A DNA stretch of 63,266 nt, the filler included. It is 12 parts of 12 records of this genome, joined end to end, with 100 filler letters (N's around TTAATTAATTAA, not from the genome) between each part and the next. Parts side by side here need not be neighbours in the genome. Positions count along the whole stretch, not along the records: positions 7,777 to 14,782 come from SRR15195285_4184; positions 14,883 to 19,509 come from SRR15195285_4190; positions 19,610 to 25,895 come from SRR15195285_4191; 9 more parts are not named here. One strand, 5' to 3'. Below, piece after piece: positions 11,266 through 23,879 of the stretch. The position numbers and the translations under genes were made by a program. The notes beneath the pieces are model-generated. The model was given only the letters and a program-made list of their open reading frames with translations, was not told the origin of the DNA and did not search any database. Within the stretch, counting starts at the first letter, position 1; the number at the start of each line of letters is the position of its first letter.

Positions 11266-14200
11266 ATGCAGGAACGCTCAGCTCCACTCGTGGCCGGCAT
11301 CGTGCTCGTCATGCTCGTGGGTCTTGTCGCCTCATCCGAGGTGGCGGTGGAGCCATCGGCTTCGCTGCTCGTTACGCCGAGCTGGGCAGCGGCGGAGCTC
11401 GCGACGAATATCACCGTGACCGGGCAGTTCGATGTGACGCCTGGCGCCCCGGCGCGGCTGCGCATCAAGTCCATCGATAACAACTTCGTCGATGCGGCCT
11501 ACAGCGCCACAGGTTATGACTGCATGGGAAACCTGTCAGCTACGATCCTCAACAGCACCGCCGTGGCAGCCACTACTGTGCCGACACAAAACTCGGCGCC
11601 AGCCACCGTGACTCTCTCGTTTGACGGCGGCGAAACGTTCGGCAACGCTACGGGAACGTTCCGCGTCGCGCCACTGCTGGAGGTCGCCGTTGGAAGACGT
11701 CCCTACACGTCTGAGACGCACGGTACCCTCGTGTTGCGAGCAGCTGGGCCACCGCTTCTCGCTCCAGGCACGCGGCTCCGCGTCGTGGCATCGTTGCCAG
11801 CGTCGGTGTACGCGTCTGTGCTGGTGTCTGGAGTCCTGGCCGCCGGAGTGACCGAATTCTTCCATTTCGAGCTCGGGGCTCTTCCACCGACGATCTTTTC
11901 CACGCTAACAGTCCGTGCGACCATAATTGAACCTTCTGGTGGCACCAGCGCAGCGTTGGTGCCGAACGGTACTGAGGTCGTGCACAAGCGAGTGTTTCAC
12001 CGCGCTCCACCCCCACGCAATCCGAACGTGACTGTTGCAGTTGTTGATCACACGCGCCGCTCCATCATGCTCGGGCGTGGAGGCGACACGCCGGAGGCAC
12101 CCTGGCTACCGTTTCTTCTTGCTGGCTTTTTCAACTCGGCTTTCACCTATCAGTCTGAAGGCGATGATGGCGCAGGCCTGCCGTGGTCCGTCGCTCCAGA
12201 ACAGATCGATCCTCTACTGATAAGTGGAAGCCACAAAGCAAACGAGTGGGGACGAAAGGGCAGCAATGTCATGACCATGTCGCATCTCAAGCGTCCGGAA
12301 GTGCTACTTGCAGATATGGATACTGCATACGCCGCCGGTGTCTACGTTGTGCTCTTCATCCCTACCTCTGGGCATTGCAACGACACGCACCGCCAACAGT
12401 CGTGTGCACAAGACATTGATTACATGCGTGGCAATGTCAGTCTGGTTATGGACCATCCAGGGCTCATCGGATACTACATCTGCGACGACTGTTGCCAGGG
12501 ACAAGAATACCTGCTCGAGCTGGCGGAGGTGTATCGAGAACTCAAGCAGCTCGACCCTTATCATTTTACCACAGGAGCTTTGGAGTGTGACGAGATGCAC
12601 GCGTTTGTTGAGCCACACTTGAGTTTGGACGCTCCGATGAGAGAAAATTACCGACCAGACTTGGCATTTCACTCGAGCGATGGTGTGCATGGGCGCGGGG
12701 GCGATGGTGCAGATGGCACGGGTTCTGACGGTTCCATGCGGATGCCACCTATGTCCTTCGTCCCTATGATCAACCTCCCAGACGCAGTGCGGCAGCCAAG
12801 GTCGGTTTGCTGACTAGCATTTGTGCAATCTGCCTTCCTTCGTTTCATCTTGTTTTCCTGCACAAACATCAAGTGTGCAGCTGTATGCTCGCATACCGTT
12901 CCCTGATGGATTCTTGCCATGTGTGCGGTAGGGCGAAGTTTGCGCAGACGGCGGCGTGGTTGAGCGTTATTACAGCAGTGAGTTTCTGTGCCTTCAGAGT
13001 TTGAGCTATCTGTGCGTTCAAATCTTCGCCGACCTCCTGACCGTTGCCGACCGTTGCAGGATATGGCACATCAGATCTGGTGTGAGTTGGTGCAGCTACA
13101 GCTCTCCTGCTGTTGACTGCCATCATCTCCTCTCCTTTTCCTTTGCAAACATCGATTTGATTCCTTTGCAAACATCGATTGTTCTGATCATGTTCGTGGC
13201 AGACGTGTACAATCACATCATGTACGCGCGATGGGTGCTAGAAGATGCGATTACGGCTCTCAATGCACAGCTTCTAGAGTTGGCGCCTTCTTTGCTAGGG
13301 ACGGTCGACACAGTGCAGCCAACCGTAACTGTGCTAGGTGCACCAGCAACCTTTCTCCGAGCACGGGCGTGGCGCGACAAGGCATTTGAAGCCCAGGCAG
13401 CGCAGCGTGGGAACGTGAAGCAAACATCGAGTAGTCTGTGCGTGCACGTGGTGCTGGCGTCAATTGCTGTATCAATGCCACCGAGCCCTTTTGAGCTCGA
13501 ACTTCGAGGACTATGTGCTGGTAGTAACACCAGCAAGATTGATGCGATATTGCCTCTCTGTCCGAATGATATCAACGCGACGCACCAGTTCTATGATGAT
13601 TACTCGGTGCCCTTGGAATCGCGCTCGCAGCATGTGAGAGCTGTCGGCAGTGGATCAGGTCAGGCTACAGTAGTCCACACGCTGCGTGACGTCATTGCTT
13701 CAGGTGGCACGTCTGTCTGGACGATCGGATGCGACGGATGGGACGAAACCCTGAATCTCGCCAATCTAGTCAACGACCCAGGCTTCGAGGCGTCAGAGCT
13801 CCCTCTGACACCCGGTTTCGTGTCCTGCCATGAGGAGGCAGAGTACCCTGCGGGCACGTTCAAAGGCAAGTGCAAGCTAGAGGATAAGCATGCAGGTAGC
13901 TGGGGTTTGACGCAGGCGGCGGATTTGAAGGATGGTCGTGCTTCATTCTTTGCCGACTCTGTTCTTCCACACTCTGGACGAAAGAGCGGGCGAGTATGGC
14001 TGCCCTCTGCCACCCCATTGGTGTTCGGCATGCCTGGGTACACTACCAATCTCAACGGTGTTAACGTGGCGAATTCGACCAGCTATAAAATCTCGCTCTG
14101 GGCCAGAAGCTTCCCGTCCAGGATGACAATAGTCGTCAGTGCAGGCTCACGACAGACAATACCGCTCACGCCGAAATCGCCGCTCGGGCTTGATTCAGTG

Positions 14201-14422
14201 GCGCGTTACAGTCATGCGCCCGGGTTGCGGCCGGAGACACACCGACTGAATGGGACGTGGCAGAGGGTGGAGCTCGCAATTGCTGCACGCATCTGGCCAG
14301 CCCAGACATCCTTCAACCTCGTTGTGGGCCCATCAGACCTGACCGGTATTGCAGCTCCAGGGTCGGTTTGGATCGATGATGTAGAGATTATTGTGCACAA
14401 TGCCACGCAGCGCGAGTCTTAG
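11266..14422 (+). CDS. Secreted glycoside-hydrolase-like protein (TIM-barrel-like core plus C-terminal CBM4/9-like beta-sandwich); introns in 12800-13200
   Basis: Signal LVAGIVLVMLVGLVAS; HPGLIGYYICDDCC and YRELKQLDPYH; C-terminal NLVNDPGFE...HSGRKS...YKISLWAR...WQRVEL...VWIDDV. Family not assignable by eye. Confidence 0.65.
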
Positions 14423-14782
14423 TCACTCAAGAATGCAATGCTAGTGGAAGATGACTGCAGGTGACGATACAACCATTGTGAATGGAATAGTATTCAGGCA
14501 CAGTCGCTTGTGCGCTGCTCTCCCTCAAAGCCTGGAGGGGATTACCACATCGGATGCTCTAGCCTCAAGGTTCTACGGCATGGCCAGATCCGCCCAACCA
14601 TGCAGCGTCAGAGACATGGTGCTTGGCTTGTTCTTGAGCTTGATGCTTCCCCCCAGCTCCTACCCAATCCCATCACGCGCGAAGAATAGACACAAGTCCG
14701 CGGTCTTGCCGAACAGCTTGCCGGTGTCCATTCGCACGCTGTAGTACGCACCTTGACATTGACATTGACATTTTCGGGTTTA

Positions 14783-14882
14783 NNNNNNNNNNNNNNNNNN
14801 NNNNNNNNNNNNNNNNNNNNNNNNNNTTAATTAATTAANNNNNNNNNNNNNNNNNNNNNNNNNNNNNNNNNNNNNNNNNNNN
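14783..14882. other. Artificial contig linker
   Basis: N44-TTAATTAATTAA-N44. Confidence 0.99.
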
Positions 14883-14883
14883 C

Positions 14884-16444
14884 TCGAGTGATGAGACCGG
14901 TGGTCATCTCAGCGCGGTCAGCAGCGATGGCAGTGAGATCTGTGGCCAGAGCACTACAAACCTTGCTCACAGCAGTGCTGCAATTGATCCAAGCGGGTCG
15001 CCATTAAACTTACGCAGTGTGGGACTATCAGCGACTGCTCCGACCAGCACCAACGTGTCGAAGAGCAGTGCTCAGTTGGGGGCTTCCGCCGGCGCTGCAG
15101 CAGCCGGCCACAGCAACAGAAGTACGAGCGAAAGCACAGCGACTTTGATAGACCAGCAAGCACGATTTGCAAAGGGAGCGCTGCCCCCGAAAGTGGTCAT
15201 GGAGTTGCTTCGCGAGACTGCATCAAGGTCACCGAGCGAATGGATTGTGCACGAACGGCCACGCTGTGTAGACGACCTTGTAAGTATACCCGGTCTCTTA
15301 GCGCCAACTCTGTCATGCAACAGGTCACCCGATGGCTACACTGCCTTGTCCGATCGTTTCCCAGCATTGCCATCATCAACGGGCGCATTTGTTGGCACCA
15401 CAGGATCCATCGCAACGGCTGTTCGCAGAAGTTCCGAACAAGGCTCGACGGCGTGGCAAGGGCTGGCCAAAGCACCTGGAACGAGACTTGTGGACCAATA
15501 GCGGAGGTAAAAAAGCGGTCTACAGTGTCCCTGTTGCCGGCAGTGACGCCGGGCCTGTGTGCTACCGAGGAGACGGCCTACACCTGGCACGACGGAAGGG
15601 CAAAATCAAACGGCCGGGTGAGCGGTCCGATCTGAGATATCATCAGTATAACTGCGACTGCTCTGAGAAACCTGGGCCCTACGCCGGTGCTGTGACATTG
15701 TACCATGTCTATGACGAGGTAGTCCACAGCAACTTGAGGGACAGTGATGAGGCCAGCTTGAGCAACCCTGTAGTGTGGCAGCCGCAGCCTCGGCAGCCTT
15801 CAACGCAACGGTCGGACAAGCTAGCCGTGCTAGACTTCATGTCTACACAGGATGCGACTCTGGAGAGCATTGGTAGAACAGCAACCGGCGTGCTGGCGCC
15901 ACTCTATCAGCAACCGAAGATGTTGCGAGATCCTGCATCTCATAAAACTCAGCAGCGTGGTGTCAAGTGGGAGCAAGATGAGCTGTCCTATCTAGACGCC
16001 CAAAGCCAGCGAAAACGGCAGAGGCGATCTCCCGCAGCTGTGCGAATGATTGCTGCAACACTGATGGTTGCTTGCGTGCTTGGAGCAGCAGCTTGGTGGG
16101 CACTTGGCAACAGGGTTGACAATCCTGCGGTGGCCCAGGAAAGACCGTACGGGATCCACATTGGGCCCGACAACGACATCGACGCTCCTCCAGTTCCACA
16201 TGATGTGTCGCCGCCCACTGACATTCTCTACCATAACCACAACCACAGCACGCCGAGCAAAGTCTGCATTTTGCATCCTAGATTGTGCAAGGGGAAGTAT
16301 AGCGAACCGTGTGCTGAAGGGATGTTCACGACCAATATGCTGGCTGCGGGACGCGCAAAGTGCCAAAACTGCACACGATGCGAGGACAAAGGCTTGGTGA
16401 CAAAGGTCAATTGCAGCAAATGGTCTGACTCGTGGTGTGTGTGA
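14884..16444 (+). CDS. 5'-truncated single-pass membrane protein with an N-terminal globular domain and a C-terminal TNFR-like Cys-rich repeat (intron 15280-15364)
   Basis: Frame is open from the contig start. A GTAAGT...TTTCCCAG intron fuses ORFs 15019 and 15332 in frame. TM segment MIAATLMVACVLGAAAWWALG. Ends CAEGMFT...CQNCTRC...NCSKWSDSWC. Confidence 0.7.
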
Positions 16445-17357
16445 CAGACAATCTGAGAGATGGTGTTTCCAGCGATTGACTAAGATGATTTCTCGGCGAG
16501 CCACAAAAGACGGATGGGGCGTTGGCATTTAACAAGCTACTGATTGTGTTGTACTTGATTTTGCGCACCACTTTTCCATTCGGTGCATTGCACTGCAATA
16601 CAGTAGCTAGGTGACCAGTACACGCGATGCTCTTCCAAATCGCATCCACCAGCCGTGCTGGCCGGCCCAGGAATAGCAAACTCGGCCCAAGCGTACGGCC
16701 AGTGCTGGGCAGGCCGCGGCCCAGGACCCCACTTGCTTTGGCCAAGTTCTTATCGTAACTCTACGGTACTCAATCGAATTCAGTAATTGCGCTCAAGCGT
16801 CGCGTCGTATTTAAATGTACTACCAGTCCAACGACGGTGGTGGCGACCACCGCCGCCGCCGTCGCGCTGCCCGCTGCTGTGAGCTGCTGCGCCCCCCATT
16901 GTGCCTGTGAACACGCCAGCGATCGCCAGTTTGAACTGGCATGCTGCAACAGAGCGCAGCAGCCCACGATGAGTGCACAGCACTGCGTCCGCCAACGACA
17001 GTCAGCGTCGTGGCGTCCGCTTAAATGGGCCGCGGAGGACACTCATGAGTGCAATGCAGTGACGGTGATCGGAATGAGTGCAAATCATTTGAGCGGCGGC
17101 CCTGAATCCGGTACATGTAATCGGGGGGGCTCAGAGTGACGATCTTGAGTAGTAGATCAGATTCTGAACGATCCTGGCATTTATCCGAAAATTTTAGGCC
17201 GATCCTGGCATTTTTCCCATAAATCATCCGGGACTTATTCTGGCCCCAGCTGTGCATGGATTGAATCCTGACCCAGCCGGTGACTATGATCGAAACCGCA
17301 CATGCGCGACATACTGGTACATGTACACGGTGCATGTACTAGGATCCTATGTAGGAT

Positions 17358-19509
17358 ATGAATGGTGATACGAGATACGCGCGCGTGCTGTCCACCGGGG
17401 GGGCCGTGATGGCTCTGAAACAGCAGAGCGCGATGCGGCTTGGGCAGAACAAGGGCGCGGCTAGGGAGGCGGAGTATATGCACAACCCGCTGGCGAACGG
17501 AGCTGCTGCGCAGGAGCAAGCGGAGCAAGGTGTGCAGCCGCACCAGCAAGCGCAGCCGCCGGAAGCACAGGTGGGCAAGCCGCTGACAATCGCACAGATC
17601 TTTGAGGAAATAGATGGGAACGGCAATGGCGTGGTCGAATTCGGTGAGTTCGCTCAGTACTGGGGGGCGAAGCAGGTGGAGACGAGGGGCAGCACGGATG
17701 AGGAGACCCTCAGCACAATCTGGGAGCTGTTTGAGAAGTACGACGCCGACGGCAGCAAAGGCCTCAGCAAACTAGAGTTCAGGGAGTTGCTAACAGAGGT
17801 GGCAACGGGCAAATGGAAGGAGCAGACGGATCCGCGATCCGGCCGCACGTACTATGTCAACCCGATCACGCGGCAGAGCCAGTGGACGCGCCCAGGAGTG
17901 GCAGAATTTCTGCAGCAGCAAGGCATCGTTGAGACGGCAGAAAAGCCGGGCGGGCGGCGGCCGACGGTAGAAATCGACGATGACAGCGGCACACCCTACG
18001 AGGACTCAGCGGACGTACACATGGTGCTGAACATGTGGAAAATCTACATCAGGGCGGAGCTGCAGAACCGCAAGCGTCATTATAGTGATGCCTTCACATA
18101 CCTGATATACACGTTCCTCCTGATGAGCACGATGGTCCTCTGCACGCCACTGTCTGCCAGCTTGCTAGCGCACCAAGAGGCACTGACGGACCTCCTGCTT
18201 GACGAGGAGTTCCAGGGCGTCGCGAATCACAAGAAGAGCTGGTACGATGTGATGACGCCCGAGGAGATGTGGGAATGGATGGAGGGTCCGCTGCACGATG
18301 CTTTCTACCCTGACGCAAATTCCTCTCCGGTGCCGCTGCTGTGGTCGAACGAGCTGCTTGGACGAGTGCAACTGCGTCAGGCCCGCGTGGAGCCAACCAA
18401 GTGCCTTTCACGTAACTGGGTGCCGTTCACATACCGCGCACAGGATCAGACGCCGGCGCCCGGACGCGCCTGCGCGGGGACGTACTCAAACGAAGCGGCC
18501 CGAGGCAAATTTGGCGGCGAAGCAACATTCAAGACGAAGCCGGCCGCACTGGCCAAGTTTAAAGAGAGACGAAAAGGTTGGACAGACGATGATCGGCCGT
18601 GGGATCCTGATGTGGAAGGTAGCGACGTAACCACGGACGCATGGTCAGGCGCGGCGGAATGGTATGAGGACTGGGGCCATTACTGGCTGGACTCAGCGAC
18701 TCTGAGAGAGCCACCGACGGATGGTGGCTCAACGACTTTGAAAGGCTCTCCTGTATTTGTCGAGTCATTCTTCGGAGAACTTAACCCATTTACATTAATC
18801 GGGAGAAACCGATTTGGGAACCAAGGCTACGCAGTTACGCTGCCACGCAATCGATGGGCGTGGGAGGAGCAGGTGCGGCAGCTCAAGGGCGAGTATGTGT
18901 GCGTCAGCGCAAATAAGGTGTGGGGCGATTACATCGCCTCCTTGGGCGACGCTGCCAGGGAAGAGAGAGCCAATGGGTGCACAGCCTCTGAAGACTGTCC
19001 ACTGAGCAGAGAGGCATGCACTGGTACGTGGGAGTCATCGGAGCCGTTCATCGACAAGTATTCGCGGATGCTGGTCGTCACTTTCAACTTGTACAATGGC
19101 AACGACTTTGACTGGGATGAAGAAGAGTGGTTCTATCAGGACCAAGATGACAAGTCCGACAATGTGAACCATCTCGACGATCATTTTGTTTTTGCCCAAG
19201 TCAGCTTCACCTTTGGGCCTTCCGGCCACATTGAGAAGTATCAACGGATGTCCATCGTAAGACCGATGAGGGAGTATGGGTACATCGACAGCGGCTACAA
19301 GACAATCATTGCCAGTCTCTTCGCTCTGATGGCTGTTGTGCTCTTTCTAGGTCAAACCCGCACTGCTTACAGAATGGGTCTAAGATCTTACTTTTTCACG
19401 AGCGAAAACTCCGTGTGGAATCTGTGTAAGCGTGACAGCGACCTAATGCGCCTTGCTGTTGGCTTTCTGCCTGGCTGCCTGCCTGGCTGCCTGGCTGCCT
19501 GGCTGCCTG
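17358..19509 (+). CDS. Polycystin-2/TRPP-like cation channel with N-terminal EF-hand pair and WW domain (3' truncated)
   Basis: EF-hands DGNGNGVVEFGEF and DADGSKGLSKLEF; WW motif WKEQTDPRSGRTYYVNPITRQSQWTRP; polycystin motifs MWEWMEGPL, NELLGRVQLRQARV, FIDKYSRMLVVTFNLYN, YFF...WN. Start could be 17358 or 17409. Confidence 0.85.
19467..19509. repeat. (GCCT/GGCT)n intronic microsatellite at contig break
   Basis: ctgcctggctgcctgcctggctgcctggctgcctggctgcctg. Confidence 0.85.
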
Positions 19510-19609
19510 NNNNNNNNNNNNNNNNNNNNNNNNNNNNNNNNNNNNNNNNNNNNTTAATTAATTAANNNNNNNNNNNNNNNNNNNNNNNNNNNNNNNNNNN
19601 NNNNNNNNN
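19510..19609. other. Artificial contig linker
   Basis: N44-TTAATTAATTAA-N44. Confidence 0.99.
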
Positions 19610-19856
19610 CACTGATGCAGTCTCATCGACACCGCCAGGACGCACGCGTGTTATTTGGAAACCGCGGCGCCGCGGACGAGGCTACAGTATGTAATATAAG
19701 GGCCCCGCCGCGCGGTCCGTAGCTATTAGCGCGCGGCAACGAACGAACGGTTGCTGATCAAGAACGAAGCATCACTATCTCTAGCGACCGCCGCTGGCGC
19801 GCATCGAGCAGGGCGCGTCGCCGGGCGCCATCGCTGGCGAAATTGGTACGCACTGG

Positions 19857-22800
19857 ATGGCCCGAACCGGTCTCTCGCTGGCGACGCTGGCGAGCGCGGG
19901 ACTGGCCCTGCAAGCAAGCGCGATTTCGTCGGACGACGAAGCTTCGGTCCAGGCGTTGGCGGCCACGTCTGCACCGCCAGTGTTCTTCAGCGTGCGCGTG
20001 GATCGGCACACAATCGGGCTCGGGCGGGTTGTCAACGTGACCATCGATCCCTCGGGTTTCGCTCCAACAGGCAATGGCACGACGTTCTGGCCTTTCGTCA
20101 ATGGCTCCCAGTACGGCAGCTTCGTGACCTGCGCCGTCGCTGGCCGCAGTCCGGTGGTGGATGGTGGTTGCTCGATTTTGCTGCCCTTGGCGGTGGTCGG
20201 GAGCTCAGACATCAAGGTCGCGGTGCTGCGTGATGGTCGTACTTGGGGTGGTGAAATCAACACAACTGCGGCCGGGTGCCAACGCGTAGGTTGTCCTCCA
20301 TGCGACCAAGCAAAAGGGTGTGTGTATCCAGTGGGCACTCCGTTTCCTGCCGCGACAGAAGTGTTGTCAAGCAGCCCTTCAGTCAGTGTCGAGGTGCTGT
20401 ATCGCAAGATCCAACTACCAGCAGGCACGCGCTCGCCCCAAGGACGGCACCATGAAGTCTGCATGGACTGGGAGCCGTGGCACACGCGTCTGAACACTGG
20501 TCGGTGGATTGGTCGGCCGGGCGCGTCAGCAATGCCACTCGTGGGCATGTACAGTTCGTACAACACTGACGTCATCAGGCAGCATGCGATCTGGTTGATC
20601 GAAGCAGGTGTGACCTGCATTGAGATTGACTGGTCAAACTCGCTCTGGGGGCACCAAAAATGGGCACAGCGTGGGACTGGGGCGCAAGATCTCAACAATG
20701 CCACCGTTCTCGCGCTGCAGGTCTACGCCGAGATGAGAAAAGAAGGTCATGATGTTCCTAAGGCCTTGTTCATGATTGGTCTGCAGAACGGCCCTCCAGC
20801 AACACCAAGTGAGGTTGGGAATGAGGCGGCGTGGATTCGTGACAATCTTATCAGTCCTCTCGGTCCGGATCAGTTTGTGCAGTTGGATTCCAAGCCGCTG
20901 CTGCTAGTGTTGTACTGTGGAAACAATGCTGTCCCAAATGCTTCAGTCACCCATGCTGTCTCCGCGGGAGGCGACTTTACAGTGCGGTGGATGGCAACAC
21001 AATTGCAGGAAAACCCCGATCTGTGCGCTTCTTTGCCTCTTTACCTTTTGCGCTGCTTTAGACATGATATCTAACGAGTTTTCACTGTTGTGCTGGGTCG
21101 ATGTCGCCCCAATACAGTGGACTGAAGCATGGCTTTTGGAGCTGGATGGATGGCTCGATCGAGCCTGTTCCTACGCTGCGATCCGATGGTTCAGTCGAGG
21201 CACTGACAGTCACCCCCGCGTTTTTCGCAGGAGGTGGCTGGCTGGCTCCCGCGGCTAGGGCCCAAGATCGCGGTGCGACACTGACGGCAGAGATGTCCGT
21301 AGCAGTCAAGTATCGCCCGACCATTCTTCTCGTCTGCCAATGGAATGAGTGGGCTGGGCAGCCAGACGGTAAAGTATGTATGGCATTGCCTCTAAGTTGA
21401 GGGATGATTGCTGCTGCACCCAAAGTCACTGGCATGCCTCACACATTGTCCTGACTCATTTTGTGTGTATATCGGTTGGAGCAGGTCGGTGGTTTTGTCG
21501 ATGCATACAATCTTTCGTTCACAAATGATCTCGAGCCGACTGCGCTGGCAGAGTGTGGAGGTTACCAGCACGCTAGTGACGCCGGACAGTTGCCTGTTTG
21601 TGACACTGCTTGGGGGTTCTTCAATTTGAACTTGCTTCGTGCGACGCTACAGGCCTACCGAGACTCATTGCAAGAGCACGTGGCGAAACCAACCACTGTA
21701 CTCCGAATCTCGTACCCGACGGCACCACCGACGACTATTTCGGCACCACCTGTCATACACGAGACGGCGCTTCGTGTTGAGTGGGCTACTGTCGGGCCTG
21801 GAGAGAGGTTTCAGATCACGGTTGATACTGACCTGCTGACCATGGTCGTCACCAATACGACCTCTGTTACACTGGACCTCGATAAGATACCCGATGGTCG
21901 TCACACTGTGGTCGTGACTGCTGTAGATGGCAAGTCTATGTTTCCATTGGCGCGCGATTCTCTGGACCTTACGGCCACAACAGATGCGCCATATGTGGCT
22001 GCATACGATAGCGTGATGTTCGAGTTGCGGAAACCATCGGCAAGTTCGCAGACCGTATTGTCTGCAGTGGTGGGGTTTGTCAATCAGCCAGATCAGCTAT
22101 CCTATGAGTACGGCCCAACCATCATCCAGGAGAATGGAACCTTTTACAACATATTTTGCTCTCCTGGTGGATTCGTGCCGCCGGGAAACGACAAAGTTAA
22201 GGCGTGGGACGTGATTCGGATGACCACGTCGACTGATGGCCGCAACTGGTCAGAACCATCAGTCGTCCTCGAGCCCTCGACAACGTGGGATCGCTCGTCG
22301 GTTTGCGACCCATCAGTTGTGAAATTCAGAGGGACGTACTTTCTATACCACACTTGCATAAACACGTGCACTGACGAGCGAGCCCCAAAGGACGGTTACT
22401 TTCAGAACCGCATCTGCGTCGCTCTTGCAGACAACATCACTGGGCCTTTTCGAAAGATTGGCAAACCGGTCATTGAGGACCTGACCTGTGCACCAGGAAG
22501 TCACAACACGACTTGCGCGAAAGAGATCGGAGGATATTGTGTAGGCCAGCCATCTGCTACTGTCATAGACGATGCTGTTGTAGTATTCTACAGTTCCATT
22601 GGGTGCGCCTCTGACTCACTCACAGCATGTTCATGTCTGCTATAATCGCGTCTCACATGCTTCGATTGTGTTGTGTTGTGCTGGCGCGCAGTGGAGCAAA
22701 TGACAACACAGAAGGGCCCAACCCGGGCAGGATTCTGGCCATGACAAGCAGCGATGGCGTGCACTTCGTGCCACGCGATCGGCGAGATGTTTCTATGGTG

Positions 22801-23612
22801 ACTCTAGATGGAACATCACCGCCTGCGAAGTCCGAGACGCTGTTCACCCAGCGGGACGTCGATATTCGGTACGACCGTGTGAACAAGCAGCTGCTAATGT
22901 TGCAAGGTGATGTTGGCGCAAATCAGATCTTCTGGAGCCTCTCCGACGATCTGGGTGCGCCTCTGACTCACTCGCATCATTTTCATGTCCAAGTGTTTTC
23001 GTCTCACATGCTGCGATTGCGTTTCAGGGTTGACGTGGCTTCCCTGGGCGGACACTCGCACTATCGCTGTCCACAACGTCAGCGCGTGCAAGACTTGCAA
23101 TAATCACAACCCCGGTCTAGCAGCGCTGTCCGATGGATCCTTTGGTGGTCAGACATTCGCTTTGGTTGCTTCGTCATTTGAGAACCCTGGGAAGTGGGGT
23201 CAATGGCACCTGTTCCGCACCGATGTCGGGGTGACAGCGCAAGGGCTTGGGTGCAGTATGTGTGCTCCGGTACGATACATACTCCACATCAGTCTCAGCT
23301 GCAGCGTGTATTTCGCATGTAAAATTAAGCTTGCGGGATGGTGGGTTCAATGCTGCACAGGCTGGGTGCGATCATGCCTGCAGTCGTGGTGGGAAGACGA
23401 TGAGGGGCAAGTGCGCTGATCCCAAATCGGTCGATCATGGAAAGTGCTGCGAATGCGAAGAGTACGTCGACGATCTGCCGTGCGCTCGATGTGCGGCGTC
23501 TGCGGGCGGTTGCGTGGAATTGTGCCGTAGAGCTTCAACGAACTACACGGCTGGGATGTGTGCATATGGCGACAACTCTGCGAAAGGTCTATGCTGCACG
23601 TGTTTTGAGTAG
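19857..23612 (+). CDS. Secreted bi-catalytic CAZyme: GH99/GH71-like domain + Ig-like linker + GH43-like beta-propeller + Cys-rich tail (about 6 exons)
   Basis: PLVGMYSSYNTDVIRQHAIWLIEAGV..IDWSN and QWNEW..DLEP; then YGPTII, STDGRNWS, VCDPSVVKFRGTYFLYHT, GPFRK, GQPSA. Introns include 21023-21117, 22603-22691 and 22955-23027. Confidence 0.78.
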
Positions 23613-23879
23613 AGCGTAGCACTAGCGACCAATGGAGCCAACAGACTCGTGGAGCATGCATATCGACCTTGTGAACAAGCGCCTTTTCCTTTCCTTTTTA
23701 CCCTGAGCCCCACAAAAGGTTCGCTAGTTCAACCCATCTCTCTCTAGACACTCGCAAGCCCGGCCCTCCTGCCTTCGGTCGCAGCCCCGAAAGGCTCGGG
23801 CTGGCATCCAGACGGAATTCAACAATGAGCTCATTGCGCTTGGGTCTCAGCCCCGAAAAATCACGTTAAGCGCGAGCCG

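Noticed and set aside
14440-14740. Minus-strand protein-like frame with several stops (MDTGKLFGKTADLCLFF...)
   Set aside because: It could be a pseudogene fragment, but I recognise no family. The stops are mixed TAG/TGA, which argues against recoding.
17169-17213. 14-bp direct repeat CGATCCTGGCATTT x2
   Set aside because: Only two units with a 17-bp gap and no cas genes. Probably part of an intergenic repeat.
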